From NCBI GenBank assembly GCA_951406725.2, contig OX597836.1:45446001-45510000 (forward strand): 64,000 nt of DNA, written 5' to 3'. Shown here piece by piece: positions 57,691-64,000 of the stretch. Each line of letters begins with the position of its first letter. The stretch's first letter is position 1. Under the pieces are notes generated by a model. It made no database searches. It was given only the letters and a program-made list of their open reading frames with translations, and had not been told where the DNA came from. The position numbers and the translations under genes were made by a program. The DNA is from Octopus vulgaris (taxonomy: Eukaryota).

Positions 57691-59343
57691 ATAATAGTAA
57701 TTATTATTGTTATCGTTGTTGTTGCTGTTGTTATTTTGCTTCGGCCCCTGAATCGTGAAAAGAACTGATGTTTATAGAACATTTGTGTTGTGTATTTTAA
57801 TGCTGAAGTAACTTTGAGCCGAAGAGAGTTGGAAGGTCACATCCTTGTCCCTTTCACTGCAAGGGGTCAATCTCATTAACGCCCTCCCCTGCCAAACTGA
57901 CGTTTGCAATTAATTTAGAAGAAAACTACAAATAACGCCGAGTATTGAGCTGTACGGAGTCGAGGTGGGTGAAAGAATATGGAAAAGGGAATTAGGAGGA
58001 TGGAATGGTGAAATAATTTTATTCTGCTTTTAGCAAAGAGAATCTTTTTCCTCTCGATAAAAAAAAAACTATTTCGAAATTATTAATGTCAATAACCACA
58101 GAATCCCACCACCGCCATCAGCCTTAACCATGGTAAAACAACATTAATGTGTCCAGAGACAACAGTACCGGCAACAAAAACAACAGCAACAACAACAGCA
58201 CAAAGAACTGTTAGAACATCAACGATGCCAGTTTCTTTTTTATCCAGAGCTTTTGATCCATTTAGTCTTTACTCTGGTAAAATCCCAACTGCCAACTCTT
58301 TTAAGATGCTGGCCGTGGAGTGGGTTTTTTTGTTGTTTAGCAAATTTTCGAATTTCACTTCGATTTTGATTTCCCTTTCTTTTAATCTTTTCAGTCGTCT
58401 TCATCATCATCAAATATCTTCTACTCTCAATATTTTCAGTACCATCGATCGTCTGCCCTGTCATTTTACTCTGTCCTTATTCTATTCTATTCACTGAATT
58501 TTAAGTTGGTCCAATTCTTGATGTCGTCCATTCACACATTTCTTGGTTTTCCTTTTTCTCTTTTTCCTTTTGTTATACCTTCTATTAATAGTCTCACTGT
58601 AAACCATTTTCCCTCCAATTTAGTGATGAAAATATTTTAGTTTTCTCTCTTTGATGGTGTCCAAGAAAATATTCTTAGTTTTTACCATTTTCAATAATCA
58701 TTGATTAAAAATATCCATGGTATTCTCTGCCCAAGACGATATTCTCAAAAGCCTTCTATATTTCTAACTTCTCAGACGCTGTCATCTATTTCATGATACT
58801 TTTGTTAATGACCATCTTTCAACTTTCTCTATGGTAGAATGGACTATACATAACATTTTAATCATCTTTTTTTGGCTTCGATATTAATGACTTTCTTGCT
58901 ATCTCAATCCTTTTGATTTCTCTTTCATATTTCCTATTTTTATCTTTGCTATATTATCTTTGGTCTCTCTTTCATTCATTTGTCCCCCAATTGTACTATT
59001 TATTTTCAACGACTGTTGTTTCTTGTTAATTACCAATTATTTTATTTTCATTACAATCATTTCCATTCCACAGGACGTTACACTGTCGTTCACTCGACAT
59101 TACATGCTTCTATAGATTGTCTTTAGATATTGTCTACACATCTTAAGTTGTTGGTGTTCCTATTAATACTAGCGGCATGTCTTCTATTTGTCTGAATATC
59201 TCTGCGTATAGCAGGGGTTCTCAATCATGGTTCACATAATCCTTGGATGTCCATGTAAAACTTTGTTTTTAAAATTTATTTTCAATAAATTACTTATACT
59301 TCTATAATACAGAAAATATTTTAACAATTTTTTCTCTACGATT

Positions 59344-59624
59344 GGCGTAGGAGTGGCTGTGTGGTAAGTAGCTTGTTTACGAACCACATTGTTTCGGATT
59401 CAGTCCCACTGCGTGGCAGCTTGTGCAAGTATCTTCTGCTATAGTCTCGGGCCGACCAAAGCCTTATGAGTGGATTTGGTAGACGGAAACTGAAAGAAGC
59501 CCGTTGTATATGTGTATATACAGGTATGTATGTATGTGTGTGTTTGTGTCTGTGTTTGTCCCCTCAACATCGCTTGACAACCGATGCTGGTGTGTTTACG
59601 TACCCGTCACTTAGCGGTTCGGCA
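59344..59624 (+). mobile_element. SINE family A (3' truncated)
   Basis: Matches family A. Confidence 0.85.
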
Positions 59625-60054
59625 ATGTATATAAGGACACAAGAAAAATGTGTCGAAGCTAGCAGGAAGCGTCGATGCTTCCTAGGGTTAAACAGCGGTG
59701 GTGTAGCCCCCTACTGTCACGTTCACGTTAAATTGACAGTATGCAACCATTCTATCGCCCCACCACCGTACATATCTCTATGAGAGATTTAGAAATTTAA
59801 TATTTCTGATATTTCCCTACAGGAGTCGTTAGTTACGTATTCACCCAGGAGTCTCCATTCGTAGGTTAAAGTCACTTTATAGCTAGCTTTTCCTTTTATT
59901 ATTCGATATTTTTTCGATATTTTAGTCACATGACTCATTACGATTTTGGTCTCAGTGTTCGGGCTCTGGTTTCTTTGACAATGGCACAAAGATAGATTGC
60001 TTTTATCTCAGCCGTGTCCATTCTGTTATTAGATCTACAATGTAATTATCAAAT

Positions 60055-60433
60055 GTGGAGGCGCAATGGCCCAGTGGTTAGGGCAGCGGACTCGCGGTCG
60101 TAGGATCGCGGTTTCGATTCCCAGACCGGCCGTTGTGAGTGTTTATTGAGCGAAAACACCTAAAAGCTCCACGAGGCTCCGGCAGGGGATGGTGGTGATC
60201 CCTGCTGTACTCTTTCAAAACAACTTTCTCTCACTCTTACTTCCTGTTTCTGTTGTACCTGTATTTCAAGGGGCCGGCCTTGTCACTCTCTGTGTCACGC
60301 TGAATATCCCCGAGAACTACGTTAAGGGAACACGTGTCTGTGGAGTGCTCAGCCACTTGCACGTTAATTTCACGAGCTGGCTGTCCCGTTGATCGGATCA
60401 ACCGGAACCCTCGTCGTCGTAACCGACGGAGTG
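60055..60433 (+). mobile_element. Chimeric SINE with family C head and family D tail
   Basis: Switch at about 60255 (CCTGTATTTCAA). Confidence 0.85.
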
Positions 60434-60930
60434 CTTCCATATCCAGTTATCAAATGCTTTTAATGCATCTGCTCCAGTTGCCTTTCTGTCTTCCGTTGAC
60501 TTTATTGCCTTTTCTACTTCTTCTAAGAGTTTACTTCCATTAGCAGCTTCGACGTTAGGCATAAGCGATCTGTTCTTATCATCGTTATGCATTCAACCTA
60601 TTATCACTCTGTTTACTCATACACTTGTCGTTGTGTACTCATTTATTTCATTAGATACTTTTTCCGAATTATGTTGGTTATTAAGATTTTCAGTTTCTAG
60701 GCATCCATCATCCAAACCTTTAGTTTTTTGTTTTGTTACAGTCAGAACCAATCTCTTCATTTAAGGTTTTCTATCTCTTACAATCTTTATTCTTGTATTT
60801 TTTTCTTTCCATTTTTCATAGAATTTCCTCAGTCATCTGTTTTTCCTCTTTAACCATTTCAATGTTTACAGTAGAAATGTTTACAACAAAGCTTTGTCTT
60901 CCATTTTCTTCTGGTTGGTCTTCATTAAAT

Positions 60931-61630
60931 GGTTGTTGTTGTTGTTGTTGTTCTTCTTCTTCTTCTTCTTCTTCTTCTTCTTCTTCTTCTTCTTCTTCTT
61001 CTTCTCCTACTCTTCTTCTTCATCTTCTTCTTCTCCCCATCTTCTCCCCCCCTCCCTCCCTCCCTTCTTCTTCTCCTCCTCCTCTTCCTCCTCTTCTTCC
61101 TCCTCCTCCTCCTCCTCCTTCTTCTTCTTCTTCTTCTTCTTCTTCTTCTTCTTCTCCTCCTCTTTCTCCTTCTTCTTTATCTTTTTCTCCTCTTCTTTCT
61201 CCTTCTTCTTCATCTTCTTCTTCTCCCCATCTTCTCCCCTCCTCCCCCTCCTCCCCCTCCACCTCCCCCTCCCTCCTCCCCTCCTCCTCCCTCCTTCTTC
61301 TTCTCCCCATCTCCTCCTCCTCTTCCTCCTCCTTCTTCTTCTTCTTCTCCTCTTCCTCCTCCATCTTCTTCTTCTTCTTCTTCTTCTTCTTCATCTTTTT
61401 CTTCTTCTTCTTCATCTTTTTCTTCTTCTTCTTCTTCTTCTTCTTCTTCATCTTTTTCTTCATCCTTTTTTCATCATCTTTTTCATCTTCTTCTTCATCT
61501 TTTTCTTCTTCTTCTTCTTCTTCTTCTTCTTCTTCTTTTTCTTCTTCTTCTTCTTCTTCTTCTTCTTCTTCTTCTTCTTCTTCTTCTTCTCCTCCTCCTC
61601 CTCCCTCTCCTTCACCTCCGTTTTCTTCTT
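60931..61630. repeat. (TTC/TCC)n polypyrimidine array
   Basis: Direct reading. Confidence 0.95.
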
Positions 61631-62056
61631 CATTGTGTAAATATTCAAATTTGTATCACATTCCCAAATAACACTTCTGTTTGTATATCGTCTGTTTTAA
61701 CAACTTCAATTGTTCTCTTCTTTTTGGTATTTTCATTTTCTTAAGCTTGCTTTGTGATTTAATTATCTCTGAATTATATCTGAATTGATATCTGTTCCAG
61801 AGGACCAGACTATGTTTTTGTAAATTTGTAAATAGTTGGTGTATATATAGTATAATATAGTACACCTAATTTGGTTTATATTTAATATAATATAGTCACT
61901 TCATATATAGTATAACATAGTGTACTTCATTTGGTTTATATATGATGTATAGTATATGTATAGGGAGAGTTTACGAAAAAAAAAATCAAAAGACGAAGAC
62001 AGGTGGTGTACAAAACAAACAGATGTATTAGTATAACGCTCAGGAATAGAAAAAGT

Positions 62057-62092
62057 CTTTTACATTTCGAGCCTACGCTCTTCTACAGAAAG
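62057..62092 (-). ncRNA. HHR-like motif with CUGUAGA core
   Basis: Reverse complement reads CTTT-CTGTAGA-A-GAGC-GTAG-GCTC-GAAA-TGTA-AAAG. It has the same helix II as the 1164 motif. Confidence 0.6.
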
Positions 62093-62699
62093 GGACACAG
62101 AAAAAACAAGGAGAGAAAAAAATGTGTGTAGTGGCTAACGATCTATCATGGCGACTGATAGTATATATAGTATTTATAGTTGGTTAATAAATAATATAAT
62201 ATTGTCGGTATATATTTATAAAACATTTTCTACTTTATCTTTTTATGTTACTCCTCCTATGATTTTTCGATTTGATTTTTCCAGTTTCAGCTAATGAGCT
62301 GTGGCCATGCTGTGAATTTTCTTGGTGGTTGTTGGACTCGAGTGTTAATGACTACTAAAGTATGTCTGACAAAACGGCATCATTTGTTAATGCATTCATT
62401 TCTTTCACTTGATCTATATTAACTTTATTGTATTGTCAGTATTTTTTCGGCTGACTTTTTTTCCATTATAACTGTTGTAGTTTCTTTATATTTGGGGGCT
62501 TTTATTGCATCTTAAATTTGTTTGTAAAATTCTTCCGTCGCTTCGTCGCTATGGAGTATCAACCTGTATGAAATACTACCTATGTATTATAAAAATTTCA
62601 TTTGTCGCACAGCAATTGCTGCTGGTGATCTAATACGGGTGCCAACTGTACACAACCAGTGAACTGCGGTGGTACATTTAATTGTCAAGTGCTTTTCTA

Positions 62700-63700
62700 A
62701 GTAGTTTAACTGTTTCAAGGGCTGTTAGTTTCCGTAAGTGATCCACCCTGATGTTGCTCCCAATTTAAAAAAAATAGTTTTCAATCCTGCTGCTCACAGT
62801 ACCAAGTAACCCGACCACAGCTTTTTTCATTGCTCACAAATGTTTATTTTCCATGTTAGTAGTTCATGTCTCCCAATCTTCTTCAATTCGTCGTCCCAAA
62901 ACTTATTGTTAGCTGGAGAAGCCACATCTATAATCAAACATTGTTTACTAGCTTTGTTAATCACCATAATACCTGGTTTTCGACGTTCAGTTTCATGGAA
63001 ATATTGCACCTTAAATCACATAAAATCTTGGTTTTCTCATATTCTACAAAGCCTCCTGGCTTGTGCTCGTTCAACTATCTTTTACTCTTTTACTTGTTTC
63101 AGTCATTTGAATGCGGCCATGCTGGAGCACCGCTTTTAGTCGAGCAAATTGACCCGGGACTTATTCTTTGTAAGCCCAGTACTTATTCTATCGGTCTCTT
63201 TTGCCGAACTGCTAAGTGACGGCGACGTAAATACACCAGCATCGGTTGTCAAGCAATGCTAGGGGGAAAAACACAGACACACAAACATACACACACATAC
63301 ATATACATATACATATATACGACAGGCTTCTTTCAGTTTCTGTCTACCAAATCCACTCACAAGGCTTTGGTCGGCCCGAGGCTATAGTAGAAGACACTTG
63401 CCCAAGGTGCCACACAGTGGGACTGAACCCGGAACTATGTGGTTGGTAAGCAAGCTACTTACCACTCAGCCACTCCTGCGCCTGGTCATATTTTCCACAT
63501 AACTCCCGATCAACGATTTTCGTCTCGTTATCATAGTATCCCTTGTATACTTTCTGTCAGCTTCGTGCGTTGATTGGTGATATGCTACACAGTTTCTTCC
63601 TTCTCTTGGCACATCCTACTCTTTTCTGTTGCACCTGAGTTTTCAAACTTGTACTTAATATAATGTGTCATCAGGGTTTGCTCTTGTGCTTCACAGATTA
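62700..63700 (-). mobile_element. R4/Dong-like LINE C-terminal (RLE) remnant with a nested SINE A (63078-63482)
   Basis: AQEQTL, RMCQEKEETV and RKPGIMVINK..QCLIIDVASP (degenerate PD..D motif). Confidence 0.75.
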
Positions 63701-64000
63701 AAGATTCTGTTTCCTCTCCAAATCAGTTTCAGTTGTCTGTACATTATTTTTCTTTCCGTCTTTTGGTTTCAGTTTGCTTCTCCTTGGAATCAGGTTTTTC
63801 CCTGCAATCTCCAAATCGACGTTGTTTGAACAGGTGCACAGTGTATCGCACGTCGGACGTCGAAGTAATCGTGGAGCAGCGTGAGATGAAGTTTTTTTGC
63901 TCAAGAACACAATGCAAGGCTCGGTCTAAGAATTGAAATCATGATTTCATGATCATGAGTGCAACACCCGAAACGCTAAGCCACGCGCCCTCACTATTGG

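Larger units (their letters stand above)
58480..62620 (-). mobile_element. Fragmented RTE-like LINE remnant(s) with nested SINEs and a microsatellite
   Basis: MDDIKNW at about 58505, EEVEKAIKSTEDRKATGAD at about 60470-60525 and DEATEEFYKQI at about 62515-62550. Continuity between the pieces is inferred. Confidence 0.55.

Noticed and set aside
59213-59340. CAGGGGTTCTCAA hAT-like terminus
   Set aside because: No matching opposite end was found.
60055-60130. tRNA-like sequence at SINE heads
   Set aside because: It has A and B boxes but no intact cloverleaf, and it is part of multicopy SINEs.
60733-61744. Ser-, Pro-, Leu- or Lys-rich ORFs
   Set aside because: These are translations of the (TTC/TCC)n array.

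Overview
AT-rich, repeat-dominated eukaryotic DNA, most likely intergenic or intronic sequence from a cephalopod (Octopus-like; inferred from the SINE families and microsatellite load, not checked by search). No intact host gene is evident, and almost all ORF-track entries are microsatellite or SINE artefacts. The window holds about 40 copies or fragments of four tRNA-type SINE families. It also holds decayed LINEs (RTE-, CR1/L2- and R4/Dong-like), Penelope-like element (PLE) RT and GIY-YIG remnants, a Ty3/Gypsy remnant, a probable solo LTR, hAT and mariner fossils, a MITE, two non-autonomous Helitrons, a tRNA-Glu fragment and very long microsatellites. The most notable signal is a set of about 12 sequence-diverse type I hammerhead ribozyme (HHR) motifs in short cassettes in or near (TA)n arrays. 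Many of these cassettes form tail-out inverted repeats whose inversion point falls at or inside the ribozyme. The motifs include compensatory core variants (C3-G8 to U3-A8 or G3-C8) and forms with about 45-135 nt helix-II insertions. All coordinates were read by eye and are approximate at repeat edges.
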